From: Psammoneis japonica
Taxonomy: Eukaryota
Direction of reading: 5' to 3'
DNA length: 64,000 nt
Assembly (NCBI GenBank): GCA_008632985.1
Contig: QPGO01000065.1
Coordinates: forward strand, 248,001 to 312,000
The notes under the pieces were generated by a model. It did no database searches. It was not told the origin of the DNA and saw only the letters and a list, made by a program, of their open reading frames with translations. Position numbers and translations under genes: made by a program. This document shows, piece by piece, positions 1-15,160 of the stretch. The first letter of the stretch is position 1. The number at the start of each line of letters is the position of its first letter.

Positions 1-3000
1 TGAACAGCGCCTTTGTCATTCACTTTTATGACAAGAGTCAACTCAGGCTGCTCATTGACTCCATCTGTGACAGCCTTGCCATTGCAGCCCTTGAACTGAA
101 CATTTTGCAGAAGCTTTGGGGATGTGCTGTCTGCTGCCTCTTTTGTTTTGTGAGGTGGACCACAAGTGTGGAACCAGAGCCAGTGTCATGGGGAGGAATG
201 GATCCTTGAGCTTGCTGACCACCTTGAGCTCATGGGTGGAATCCAAGGGACAGGCATCACAAGCATCTCCAATGCCATCCCCATCACTGTCACCTGATTG
301 GCATTGGGAAACAAGGGGCAGTTGTCAAAGTCATCGGGCATGCCGTCACGTCAACAGCATCAGGATCCTGCTGCAGCAACTCCAGCACAAAGAGCTTGGG
401 ACCTCCTTCTGTTCCATCATGTGCAGCAAAACATGGGAGCTTTCCATCCATTGGTGCAAAAGCTCAATGGATGCAAATTTTTGAGACCAGGATTGACTTC
501 CTTTGCCATTTCAGTCTTGCACCCAATTCTGCTGACCGTGCATTCTGTCATCAGCACTGAAGCAGAGCCTTCCACCTCCTGTGGGTGTCAAGGACCATGG
601 ATCCAAATGCAGTTGCTGCCAGGATTGGTGTCCTTTGCAACAATGGCTGTGTTGCTTGATGGACAGTGGGTCCAAAGCTCAGTTCCATGCTTTCTGTCTG
701 CAGCACTGAAAAACAGCTTTCCAGCCATTGGTGTCAACTCCAATGGATGTGAGTGCTTGTGACCATGACAAAAATCCTTTGCAATGTTTGTTGTGTTGCT
801 CAATGGATCTTGCATCCAAGGCTTGCTGCCATGCTCAAAGCCTGCAGTGCAGAAAACAGCTTTCCATCCAGGAGTGTCAGGTTGCACAGACAAGAAGAGT
901 GCTGGCAATGGGGATGAATGTCATGCACCACGTTTGTCATTTGATGCAAAGGGGGTTGTGCTTCCAAAGCTCCCTCCCATGCATGAAATTAAATGCAGAA
1001 AGAAACAGCTTTCCATCCGCAGGTGTCAAATGTTTGGGTTCTAAAGACACGACACTGGGAGAGACATCTTTTGCCATTTCAATTGCTCCCCTCATTGGAC
1101 CATGCATCCAAAGCTCTCTCCCATGTGTTTCATCATTGTTGGTGAAGTGCAGCTTTCCACCCATTGGTGTCAACAGCAACAGAAAACACTTCCCACACAG
1201 CAGGGAAGGCTGCTTGTTGTGGCTTTGGTTGGACGGCGAATTGGAAACTGGGTCATGCTGCTTCCGTCCTTGGTTTCTTCCACAATGTGCAACAAAGTGC
1301 AGCTTTCCTCCATCCACAGGTGTCAAATGCTGTTGAGACAAAGACGTGCAAGAACAGGGATTGACACACACTGCGCAAACAGAGCTCCTCCCCATGCACT
1401 CCATTGTTTGTGAGAGGAAGTGCAGCTTTCCGTCCATGGGCTTCAAGCTGTGCAGGTCCGCAAACTCCTTTGGCCAGGATGGGTGTCACATGCCAACTGC
1501 ACTGTTTGACTCAAGGGGCCATGCACCCAAAGCTCAGCTCCAATCACACCACCATCAGCTCTGACTTGCAGCTTTCCATCCATTGATTTCATTCCATCCG
1601 TTGGCACAACCTCGCTGATTTCCACAATCTTGCAGGGTGAGTGATGACCTTGCACCAGTTGGCAACTGCCTTGATTTTGTGCTGGCTTGATGGTGGTCAT
1701 CAAGAGTTTCTGAATTGGTCATTGCCTCAACATGGCCAAGGAAAATGAAAAGCAGACATGAAAAGACTCAACTCTGCATCAAGTTGATGGTTGAGGGTGT
1801 TGCATGACAAGGCTTGAGGAGAAGGTTTTGTGATGTCACTTTTTTGTTTGCACGTGCCACTGCTTTGTGGCAATGCATGTGCGTCTGCCTCTGGCAGAGC
1901 AGAGAGAGCAGAGAGAAGAAACAACAGAAAGGTCACCTGTGAAAGTGTTGGCTGGAAGTTTGTGATCCCTCATGACAATGCCTTGCAGCATGCACAATGT
2001 CACGCGGCATCATGATGGCTGCAAATTCCATGACAGGTGAGGCCGATCAATGCAGCAATGCTCGGGGGGAGAGGGTCGGAGTCAAGCACAGGTCTGGCAC
2101 CAGAATGGGAGTTGGGAGCAGCCAAGAAAACTGAGATGGGCAACACACAAGATGGACAGCTTGGAGAGTTCATTTTTGGTGTGCCAGTGCAAACCCTGCA
2201 TGCAGGGCTCTGCGCGCACAATTCTGAGCAACACAATGTGACAATCTGTGAGCTTCGCCATCTCAACTGAGCACTGCACACTGCAGCACCAACTGTGATG
2301 GAAGTGTGAGACATGACAATGGTGCAAGAGCAGACCCTGGAGCAGCAACAAAGATCAATGCACAAAGCATCACAACTGAGAATCAAAAGAAAGTGCACAT
2401 CATCTGATGACAGTTTGGCCTTCTCTCAAGACCCAGAGCTTCAGCCAAGATGCTGCCCCACCAAACTTTGTGATTGCTCTGCCAGCCTGAAAATGTGCTT
2501 TTCAGCACACAGCACAGCAACTGTGTCAACCAAAGAGCTGCGCACTCATCTGGTGGGCAGCAACACCCATGCAAGCCACACACACAGCACCCAGGAACAA
2601 TCAAGCCCAAAAAGGTGGCACACACCAAAGAAACAAGAAGCACACTGGGACTTGCCCCAGGAGGTGGGCCACACATTGTGCTCTTGACATCTTGCTTTGC
2701 CTCAACACCAGAGCTGCGCCATCAATTTTGGCCAGAAACCTCTTTGTGAGAACACGCTGGTGTGCAGGCAGACAACTCAAGCAGTTTCAGAGCAAGTGCA
2801 AGGAGACCCAATGGAAGCTGGGAACAAAAAGCACACATGCTTGTGGTGCTGTCAATTCTCCCAACATCGATCAACAGCACCACAAGCTGTTTGTGTCCTG
2901 GAAAATCAACAAGGGCAGTGACTGCAAAATCATGGCCAAAAAACACAGAAAACACAAGACCCTCTACATTGATGGCCTCAGCACATGGCGCTGCATGATG

Positions 3001-6000
3001 AGGAAAAGCAGAGCTGCCACACTGTCAAAAATCATGGCAATCATGTCCCAAAAACTCAGTGCAAAGATTCGTCCGGCCAAGTGCTTTGAGTTGTGCCATC
3101 AACTGGACATGACCGCACAACAAAACAGTGAATGAAATGAGTTCCAAGAACTTTTCCATCAGTTTGCCCTGCATGAACAGCTGGAGCAAACTTGCAACGA
3201 CCCTCAAGGATGGGTTCAAAATCCATTTTCTCTGGCTGGTTTCAAACGGGCTCCTCAGTTTCTCTGCAACCATGTGTCTGGAGCACTGAGAGCTTCTCTC
3301 TGCTCTCCAAAACCATGGAAGGAAGAAAAAAGACCATGCTTGCATGATGCACCACTTGACAATGACATTTCATCAGTTGTGCAATCATTCAAAAAAGACT
3401 GCAGTTGCATGGCATTTTGCATGAGTGCCAACACTTCAGAAGTCATGGTGGCATTTTTTCCAAGAGAAGCATTGCCAATTCACACAGAGGCTCCTCCAGT
3501 GTCTGCCACAAGACTCAAGGCAATGTTGTTGGCTGCAATGGCAAAAACAACTCATGGCTGAACACAGCAGGAATGGCGCACTCATTTCATGGGTCAATTG
3601 ATGCTGCATTGAGCAAAGAGTGCTCAATGACCCAAGCAGACACACCAGCTGTGGTGCAGTTGGTGATTGCTGCAGACTTTTTCTTCACAGCAATGTGCGC
3701 ACTGATCAAGGTTGCCGCTGGACTTGAGAGAGTGCAAACAGAGCACATGTGTGCCACGCTGATGGGAGCAGACCTGCACTTGCAGCCAGTGGCTGCCAGC
3801 AATGGCACAGAAGCAGTTGCAGCCATGGCAACAAACCAAAATGGTGCGCAAATGCAAGTTGTGGCAAATGACACAAAATCTGCAAAACATGGCAAAAACA
3901 AAGAGGCAAACATCAAGAGCAAGTGGCAGCTGCAACATTTGCTTTTAAAACAACAACTCAAGAGGAGACAAAATGCTGAAAGATGTTGCAGGCAAAGATG
4001 CTGGATCATGTGTTGCAAGAGATGTGATGAAGGAATGAGGAGCAGGGAGCATTGAAAGAGGTCAAGATTGCAAGCCATGGGAAAGAACACCCGCGTTTCA
4101 AAGTGGGTGCAATTTGGAATGAAGAAGCTCACAAACTTCATCAGTTTTGAACTGACGTTGAAAGGAAGGCTCAACTCATGAGTTCACAACAACACGGGTT
4201 GCCGTCAAGAAACACCCAGACCATGACAGGCGGTCAGACCCAGGTTGTTGGTGCCCCAGACAAATCTCTTTGAGAATCTTCTTCTTGTGGTGACAAACAT
4301 GTGCCAGACAAAAACTCATTCCCATTGCTTCATTGTCCCACCAATCAAAGAAAGAGACTGCACACAGATGTCCAGAAACACCGCTGGTTGTGCTCTTGCT
4401 TGGTGGCGGCCCCAACTGCTGTGCACAACTTGCTGCATTCTGCAACACGTTGCCATGCAGCAGCAGCAACCTCTTCTTGTCAAAAGTTTTAAAATGAAAA
4501 AGTGCAGGGCCAGGGCTGATGATGAGTTGTTGACAAATGCCTGTCAGCTTCCCCAAAGCGTCTCTCTCTAGAGAGCAGCAGCAGCGAGAGAGTGTGGATG
4601 GCATCAGAAACACGCGAGACTGGAGAGGCTCACAGTGGATGTTGCTGGATCTTTTAATCGAGAGCTTGCAATCACGCGTGCAGAATTTGCACCGGGAGAG
4701 TCGTGCGAAAACCGCACAGTTTTTAAAAAATGCCTTGATTCAGCCAATCAGAAGCTCTGAAATCATCCTCTCACACTTGCGTCAGCAATGAATCTTTCCA
4801 AGCGGTCGTTGCACTGCAGACTCCACTGTGCCGGCACCTCCTCTCTTGGGCCCCAGCCAGCCAGAGAGTGCTCTTTACTTCAGCAGCTGCTCTCTGCTCT
4901 GCTGGAGCAGAGAGGGCTCTAGAGTCTAGAACGTTGATGATGCTGGAACCAACCATTGAAGAAACTAATTTCATGAAGCCGCAACATGCCTCTGCAGGTT
5001 AAATGCAAAAGGACAAATTGGCAAAAAGCCGCGAATGATTTGCTGTTGCAACTGTTCCCCGGAAGTGGCAGGACGTTCCAACAGAAACAGGGGGCAAACC
5101 AGCCAAAGGCAGCATTTTTCTGGCAAGCTGTCAGTGGCAGACCTGACTCCCTGAAAGAGTGAGAGCACTGCTTGCCGGCATGGTGTTGAGAACCGAATTT
5201 GCCATGCGTCCAACTCCGCTCCCCATCTGCAAACACACTGCGTTGCCTTTCATGCCCTTGGCCATTGTTCTGGTTCTGATGGAACACAGACATGTCCTCT
5301 GAACCTCGTGATGCCTGCTGGGGAAGAAAACCAAGCAACAACAACAAGAAGAAGTGAGCACAGTGGCGACACTGGGAAACGAAGCAGTCGTCGGTGCATG
5401 CACTGCATCCAATTCGGGGGAGACAAGGCCCTTGAATGCAGAGGCCGACACCCAAGGCCAAGACAAGAGAAATGCGAGTGCTTTCAAAGTGATGGGAGCC
5501 CATGAAACTTGCAGCATGCAGAGAATGGAAATCAAGGTAAACACGTGCCATGCCGCAAGCATTCACAATGGCAGCTTTCAAAATGTCTTGACAATGGCAA
5601 CAAGGTTGATGAGCCAAAGCTGCCAGCATTTTTCTGGAATGCCAGAGGTGGCAGACACCCCAACTGAGCACCATTGCATTGCCTTTTTTCTTGGCAATTT
5701 TGCCGCTTCTCAATCCCTGAACGAGGGAGTGCCGTTTGCTGGCATGCCTTGATGTCGTGACAACCGAAAAGCATGACGTGACGGCGGTCAGACATCTCAA
5801 CCAAATCAAGGATGGATCGGAACGCCACCGTTCCCACCCCATCGACAAACTCAAGTCTGATGCAGAGTTGTGACAATGAGTTGTTGACAAGGCTTGAGGT
5901 GAGTGACACAAGACAAGCAACAACATCAGCAGCAGAAAAGGTCGCGACAGACACGGCGCTGCTTGCCACAAACACCGCAGCCAAAGCAAGGGACATCTTT

Positions 6001-6700
6001 CCTGAAACGGGTCGATTGACTTGAAGAAAGCACCAAAAATGATGTCACATTTAGCAGCAACCACAATCTCAGCTAAATGAAGGAACCCCACAGATCAAAT
6101 TTGCTTCCCCATCAACATCCGCCAACAACATCAACAGAAGAACAGGCCGTGACAAACAGGCTCACGTGTGTTGCAACCAAAATGGAGCGGCACCACTCGG
6201 GATGACAGCATCTTCGTGTTCCGTGTGATCACAGACCACCACAAAATGGGTGGGTTCCATGCTCTTCAATCTGTCGAGAAAGAACAAAAATGGCAACGAA
6301 AGCGGCGAGCAACACGTGTGAATGACAGCACAGTCATGCAAGGCAGTCATTGTCCATTTTTTGATTTGGCCTCACCTCTCTTTTCATTGACACACTCATC
6401 AGAACAAAATGTGATGCAGGGTGCAATGGAGACGTTGGCAGCAACCGCACTGGCGACAACATCTGACACCGCCTGTCACCGCTGTCATGGCCTGTTTTTT
6501 GCAATGATGTTCTCACGAGGGAGATTCTCAGCTCGCGCCGGATTGCGCTTTTGCACACATTTCCACACAGTCTAAAAAACTTTGCATGTGCCAACTGAAG
6601 GTTTTTGACACCAAAACTGACGTTTAACCTCATGCACCGTCATTGCATCTCAACAATGTGACAACAGGCCATCATTTTCGTTTGTTCATTCATCAAGCCA
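1..6700. other. TpA-depleted (and largely CpG-depleted) hypermutated repeat domain A
   Basis: Under ~20 TA dinucleotides seen in 6.7 kb, nearly all TTAA/CTAG/CTAA/TTAG. TG/CA strongly enriched. ORF translations are almost Tyr-free and Cys/His-rich. Confidence 0.9.
52..1936 (-). pseudogene. Decayed secreted ELWxxDGT-like repeat (beta-propeller) protein
   Basis: Repeats of ~48 aa across frames: GKLFFSA..HGTELWTHCP, GKLHFT..HGRELWMHGP, GKLFLSA..HGRELWKHNP, DGKLQV..GAELWVHGP. Hydrophobic leader (TFLLFLLSALSALPEA) at ~1936. Broken by frameshifts and stops. Confidence 0.7.
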
Positions 6701-7297
6701 ATGCAAGGCTTTGTGTTTATGAGGCAAAGGGGGAACAAGGAATCCGCGTGACTAGACCCCTTGAAGGTGTGACACGATTTTTTAAAAATGTTCGGTTCTG
6801 ATTGGCTGAGGGGATCTGTGTGACGCAGTTTTTTAAAAAATCAGTTCCCCACATGTTCTGTGGTGCAAATGCACATGCGCAATTCTGGTAGAAAAAACAC
6901 CGTAGAATGGGTTCGAGCTCCACAATCGATCTAAAATCATCTAAAATGATGGCGAGCTCCGCAGCTGCTGCAAACGGGTCTAAAATGGAGGTGTTGAAAA
7001 GTGGAACGCTTGTGTCCACAAAACGCAGCGTTTTTGAACGCTTTTGTTGTAATGGGAAACAACAGAGTCTCTTTTCTCTTTTTTCTCTTTTCTTTTCTCT
7101 TCTTTCTTTTTCTTTCCTTTTTCTCCTCTCTCTCGCTCTCTTCCCTCTTGGTCTAAAATGCGCTCCAGTGACATGATAAACCACTGGAGAGGTTGGCGGT
7201 CGTGGATTTTGTGGTGGCGGATCAACAGTTTCCCGCGCTTTTGAGTCTTGTGAACCGCAACGTGTTGACACAACTGAGTGAGCGGCGCAGCGAGAGC

Positions 7298-8358
7298 ATG
7301 ACGAGGCTTTCGCAGTTCTCCAGTTCGCTGGACGGGAAGCGAAGTACGAAGCATCTTCTGTTGCCAAAGATCCTCTTGATTGTATTGCTTTTCTTTGAGA
7401 AAGCCTCTGCACTTGCGTCTGACAACATGCCATCTACAAGTTCGGCTGCAGCAGAGGCAGCAAAGAAGTGGAGTAAAACCGCCTCCTCGTATGTCAAGTA
7501 TTTTGAGCCAACCACCTTGGCAGTGGGGCGCTTCATGCTCAACTGTATGAAGCTGCAGTTTCAAGATCATCCGCTTAAAGTTATTGAAGCAGGTGCAGGT
7601 GCTGGAGGACTCGCAAAAGAGTTATGCGGTCTCAATGGGCTCGAGTTGGAGCAACTGCATGTCACGGATATCGCAGACGGCATGCTCGAGAAGGCACAAG
7701 AGAAGCTTCAAGGCATCGAAAAAATCAAAGTCGAGACGGCAGACTTTTGCAAGCTTCAATACGATGATTCATCCATTGATCGATACTATGCTAACATGTG
7801 TGTGAGTTGGAAGGTGTTGCGACGGTAAATTATTGTTTTGTTCTTTCGCGGTCTGTAGCTCAACTCTGAATCTGCTCACTTGTGATACCGAAGCTTCATT
7901 ATGCTGAAGATCCTGATCCCGTCATTACCGAGGCGAGCCGTATTCTCAAAACGGGAGGCATCGCGGGCTTCACCATTTGGGGTCGATCGAGTGACAGTGA
8001 ACTCATGACTATTGTACCAGACGTGTTGGATGAATTCGGCTTGGATCCCAAGGACCCAAACAAGCGAACCAGTTTTCATCTCGGCGAAGATGACGTCGCC
8101 TTGAGGACGAAATTTCTTGATTTAGGCTTTAGCAAATGTGTGGTAATGCATTATCCTGGTGTCATTGAGTGCTTTGATCCGGCGGCCTACGTTGAATGCA
8201 TTATTGATGGAGCTGCGTCCACCAAAAAGCAAGTCGAGTCGTACTCTAAGGAAAATCAGAGAAGAATTCGCGAAGAAGTATATCAACGCGCAAAGAGAAT
8301 CTTGGACCAAGGTAAGCCAATGATGCTCGACATGGGTGTCATTGTGGCGCAGAAGTAG
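7298..8358 (+). CDS. Class I SAM-dependent methyltransferase (2 exons; intron 7802-7893)
   Basis: Motif I VIEAGAGAGG and acidic motif II TDIADGML. The GT-AG intron joins ANMC|LHYAEDP..EASRILKTGG in frame. Start is ATG 7298 (followed by a hydrophobic stretch) or ATG 7427. Confidence 0.85.
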
Positions 8359-8659
8359 AAATAATGAAGACTGTATTATGGTACGAAGCTTGTCTGTAAA
8401 CAAAGACGCACGCGGGTCCCATGTGGTACGAGAAAGCAAAACCGCATTGCCATCGCTTACTCTTGTGCCCAAAACGTACATAGCTAGTTTGAAAGCATAG
8501 GCCCTACACTTTTTGTTTCAGGTACGTCCGTACAGTAGAGATCAGAGAAGGCCGAAAAGTATGTCGCCGTTTGGTTGTCCCTACTACATGATGCTCGTAT
8601 GTACGAGAGAGAGAGAGAGCAACAGTGCATCTGCAGCGACTTTGCACAGAACAATAAAC

Positions 8660-9005
8660 AAGGACGAAAGCTAGATTTGTGTTTTCCTTCTTTCGACGAA
8701 TCTCTACCTACTGTATACTCTCTACTAGAGACACTTCTACATCAAGGAATACCTACCAACTACAATGTAATAACACCGCACCCGCTATGATTATCTCTAT
8801 CCCAATACAGCTACACCTTTTTCAAGGCAAAAGTGGCAGGACGAAAGCGTTTCTTTTGTTTTTCCTTCTTTCGCCTGTTCGCTACCAACTGTATACTCTC
8901 TAGCTAGAGACACTTCTACATCAAGGAATACCAACTAGCATATAATAACACTGCATCCGCTATGATTATCTCTACTACTAACCTACACCTTTTTCAAGAC
9001 AAAAA
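8660..9005. repeat. Two-copy degenerate tandem repeat, ~178-bp unit
   Basis: ctgtatactctcta..ctagagacacttctacatcaaggaatacc..ccgctatgattatctcta..ctacacctttttcaag occurs at ~8710-8826 and ~8890-8998. Confidence 0.85.
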
Positions 9006-9011
9006 TAGCAG

Positions 9012-9098
9012 TGTTCCCTACGCACGAACTACCGTGTTCAGGTTCAGACGGTATAATCTCAGCTCCATTCTATTGTATTGAATGGTGCACCCGTACAT
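9012..9098 (-). ncRNA. TPP riboswitch aptamer in the THIC 3' UTR
   Basis: Minus strand reads ..GUACGGGUGC-(P3)-GCUGAGAUUAUACCGUCUGAACCUGAACACGGUAGUUCGUGCGUAGGGAAC... This has the conserved CUGAGA, AUACC, ACCUGA and GCGUAGGGA TPP-aptamer elements, ~200 nt after the THIC stop. Confidence 0.9.
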
Positions 9099-9292
9099 CT
9101 GCATGACTTCCGCCCAATCTGAGGATATTATAATGTTGATAGTAACACAATACATACACGTCAAGGCAGAACAAGCAAGAGACGTCGTTAGCCAAATAAT
9201 ACTACCAAAACAACAACACATTCTCCTTCTCGTTCTTACCCCATACACTACACTCAAACAATTAATCAACAGACAAATACCTCCATCATTGT

Positions 9293-11531
<2,239 letters not shown>

Positions 11532-11687
11532 CTACACTGTTTGTACGGAACGAGATCTTTTGGACGACACACCACACTCGAGATGCATGCCGCCGACAAC
11601 AACAACCGCCATTGTCTCGTTGTGCATGTGCATGCATCATCATCATCATCCTTTCAACTAACTACAGTATTACATCACCGACAAACC

Positions 11688-13081
11688 ATGGTTCCACATA
11701 CAAGAGCCGTCTTGGCTTCGGTACGCTTATCAGAAAAGAATCGTGTGCTCTTTCAACAAACCGTGGATGATACCAACAACGACGAAGATGCAAAAGATCT
11801 TTCACAACACAAACAGCAACAACAACGACAACCGAGAATACCACTACGAGACTCCTCCTCATTATTTCCAACAAACATTACTTCGTCTGCTTTTACACCC
11901 ACGGCTCTTGTCGGTGCAGGTACTGCCGTCTTTTGTTCTTCGGCTCTCAAATCCGCCACGATTACACCCATGGCGGTTGTGTACATGTTGCTACTCGCAC
12001 TGCAATACAGCATTCAACCACGCATTTCCAAAAAGTGTTTGCATCCCAAAATCAACAAATCAAGTGTCACGCTCGTGGAAGAAGTTGTCAAATTTACCAT
12101 GGCAAGTACCATGTTGAAAGTGCAACAACAACAACACACCAAAACAACAACAGCCGTCAATAATGTATTCAAGGATTGGTCCTTCTCGTCGTCTCTAGTG
12201 GTGGCGGGATTGCCAGCGGTACTCTATGCGCTTCAGGGTATTTTGTATTTGTATTCCTATCAGAATTTGGATGCCGTCACCTTTAATGGGATTTCGCAAA
12301 CGAAAATGGCGTGGGCGGCCCTTTGTTGCTTCTTGTTATTGCACCAAACACAAAGTCCGACTCAGATTGTGGCCTTGATCTTGGTGGGATTCTCTGCCAT
12401 GCTGTTTCAAGGAGCATTTGATCAAACGGCTGTTGCTGCATGGTTGGATCGTAAACGACGACAACGACAAGATTGTAAGGGCGACTACGACAACGACTCG
12501 AGTCACAAGGAGGACGACGATACTACAACTACTACTACTGCTTCAACTACTACTGTCACCACCACCACCAACAGCGATACCAATAACTACAAGAAGCGAC
12601 AGAGACTACTCTATGGGTTTCTGCCGTGCTTGTTTGCTTCCTTCTTGTCGGGTCTCGCCGGTGCACTGTCGCAAAAAGGATTGCAAACGGTAGGTGGAGG
12701 AGGACGAAACGCCTACTTGTACACCATGGAAGTATCGGGCTTTTCGGCACTTGTATTGATCCTCTCCAATATTCTAAGACAAACAAGCAAGGGTACTATT
12801 TCCACAACAACAACAACAACAACATTCTTTTCACATTGGACGTGGTCCACATGTTGGCCCATTTTACTAAAGGCCATCGGAGGAGTCTTGACGGCGTTGG
12901 TACACAAACATGCCGGATCGGTAGCCAAGGGATTTGCACTCATTTGTGGATTAACCTGTCGGGAGTCATTCAAACCATTTTGGATGACAAACCACTCTCC
13001 ATACAGCAAGTCATCGGGATGCTACTGGTCAATTTGAGTAGTTGGTTGCATTTTACAAATCCAAAAATAATCCGAGCTTGA
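11688..13081 (+). CDS. SLC35A-family nucleotide-sugar transporter (UDP-Gal/CMP-Sia-like); apparent 1-nt frameshift near 12956
   Basis: Motifs EEVVKF, LPAVLYALQ, NLDAVTF..SQTK, LSGLAGALSQKGLQ and GGVLTALVHKHAGSVAKGFA. The C-terminal TM helix continues in another frame (LSGVIQTILDDKPLS..). Start could be upstream (11583). Confidence 0.85.
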
Positions 13082-13144
13082 TTGATTGATATGATTCTCT
13101 CTTCGAGAGACGAATGTTTGCCCTATGCCAGTAAGATTGTGCTG

Positions 13145-13911
13145 TCTTTTAATATTCAAGTCAGTCCGTTTCGTCTTAAGGAGTTGTCGCATCTGTGGCA
13201 ACCGGACCCACCCCATCAACTGGAGGTATTCAAGGTTTCTTGGTAAAAAAAGCTCGCCGATCATCCATTATTTCAAGGTGGTGCACTTTGAACGCAGCAT
13301 TTGTGGCAATGTGGAGCGCTTTGCCGTGTCTGTATCTGCCATAACTCCTTTGCTACAGTGCGTCTTTCTGATAAGCATGCTCTTCGTATTCAAGAGGCTT
13401 CTCTGCAACCGTCATGAGAGAGGACGTTCAGAAAGCTGTACGCTTGATTCGAGTAGCCACGCAAGCCGCAACGACCGACCCTCGGACGGGTAAGATTGAT
13501 AAGGACATGATTGAGTTTGGATCGTCAGGCGCAGGAAATCGTGTCGTTTCAAATCATGGAGCGCTTGTCTCATGTGAGTTACCACTGTTAAGACAATCAC
13601 GTGTGTATCCTTTTCATTTCTTTTTCTCGTTTGCTCATTTTCATTCTTCCTCTTGTCATACTGAATTGTGCTTGAAAGAAGCGAGGCACTCGTATCGCTG
13701 TGTGGGACGCGGTGCAGCAGTTTGTGGAAATTACCAATGCAGGAGACGAATTGCATCACCATGACGGGGTAGTAAACACTCCTCTAGGAGCCTGGAGGCG
13801 AATGGGTGGGCGCAATTTAATGATCGTGCTCAGACGTTCTTTGTCCATTCCGGGGTATTTTGAAGCGTGTTTGATGTTAGATTCCGTCCGGTGCTGACGA
13901 TGGTGTCCGTC
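13145..13911 (+). pseudogene. MCM4: Internally deleted second copy of the MCM4 pseudogene
   Basis: 13145-13397 matches 18734-19003 and joins directly to 13398-13911, which matches 20157-20678 (VQKAVRLIRVATQAATTDPRTGKIDKDMI). Confidence 0.8.
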
Positions 13912-15059
13912 ATTCTAGTAGCAGCACTCGTAGTAACAACAATTTTGCTTTTACGACTTCAGTATATCCGGCTAATAAGAAGACTGATTGGACCTTGCGA
14001 TTTTCATACCTAGCACCACTTGGACAATTATTATTTCAATACAGCTACTAGCGCAACACGGGATTGAGCGACGCGCTATTCTATAAGCTAGGGCGGTTTG
14101 TTTATTGTACAGCATGGGATGAGACTTGCTGGCAAATTTGATAAGGAAACACACGCTCTAGAGTGTGTTTGCATGATATAGAATCAATTTTTATAATGTA
14201 GATGTGGTTTCCCCTCCCGTCGCGATAGTCACCGAGAGTAAGGACGGCCACCGTTGCAACCGAGGCACCAATTCCAATGTACTTTACGCGCGTCACTTAT
14301 GTTGCGCCTCTGATTCCGCCAATTGGACAAGATGTCATCGATCGGAGCCCTCGATGCGGACATAGCCGTCAATCGAGTAGCGGCAGCCGTCGTTGAGCTC
14401 GATGCCCCAAAAGGCAAAGAATTCAGCTAGTTCCGTATCAGGAGAATCTCGTCGATCTATGGCAATGCCAGAATCACCAGAACTGGCACGAGGATCAAGA
14501 CGCCCATGAATATCAAGGTGTGGACCCATCCCAAATTCATTTCATTTTTCCCTCCCACCTTGCCACAATAACCGCTGCTAGCATCGTGCCAGTGCTTCCC
14601 ACTTTTGCATCATCCTTTGGGGAATGATGACCGGCTAGGTTACTCGTTAGGAATCGTCCGCTTCAACGGTCCAGGTTATTGTTGTAACGGTGGTGGTGGG
14701 TGGATCTTTGCTTTCATTCTCTGTTGGAACAGACGCAGTATTCATCTCCTCGGCAGCAAGGCTTTCACCTTGAGGTTCCATGTGTAGTTCCAAGGTTTTG
14801 GGATCTTTGTTTCTACCGGAAGAGACAATGCTGATGTTGTTCTCCTCCGGGGCGGCTTCTTCATCGGAGTAGGTAGCACACAAGAAAATGAACACTTGCT
14901 TTCGTCGTCTGCCGAAACGCAGTATGCACTGGTTATGCTCGTAGTACTTTTTGCCTTTTAAAGTGTATCTTGCAGGCGTATTTGCTTCTTGAAAAAGTTG
15001 GTTTGATGAGGCAAATCCGTACTACTACTTGGATAGGGCGGCGGAGGAGGAGGTTTGGG

Positions 15060-15160
15060 GCATTCCCACGTCGTGTGACCTTGTTCTGGTGATCAACATA
15101 ATACGTAGAAGGACCTACAAGAGCCTCCCATTCTGATGGTAGCGGTGCGTCCATGAGTGA
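15060..15160 (-). pseudogene. WW-domain fragment
   Basis: PLPSEWEALVGPSTYYVDHQNKVT resembles the WW consensus (PLPxGWE...YYVDH.NKTT). The second Trp is absent and there is no intact surrounding gene. Confidence 0.5.

Noticed and set aside
2000..6700. Numerous Cys/His-rich ORFs as real proteins (also 28.7-38.7 kb and 53-64 kb)
   Set aside because: They overlap in all six frames, lack Tyr and have no recognisable domains. Loss of TAA/TAG explains them.
1..6700. Contaminant DNA or alternative genetic code
   Set aside because: The same sequences (LTR, HDAC fragment) occur in both states within the window, and the intact genes use the standard code.
7070..7150. ORF segment with Lys/Glu/Arg or Phe/Ser/Leu runs
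   Set aside because: It is a simple CT-rich low-complexity tract upstream of the methyltransferase.
7298..8358. The SAM methyltransferase as the effector of the hypermutation
   Set aside because: It looks like a small-molecule class I MTase with no DNA-MTase catalytic motif (no PC or DPPY/NPPY). Adjacency to domain A is not evidence.
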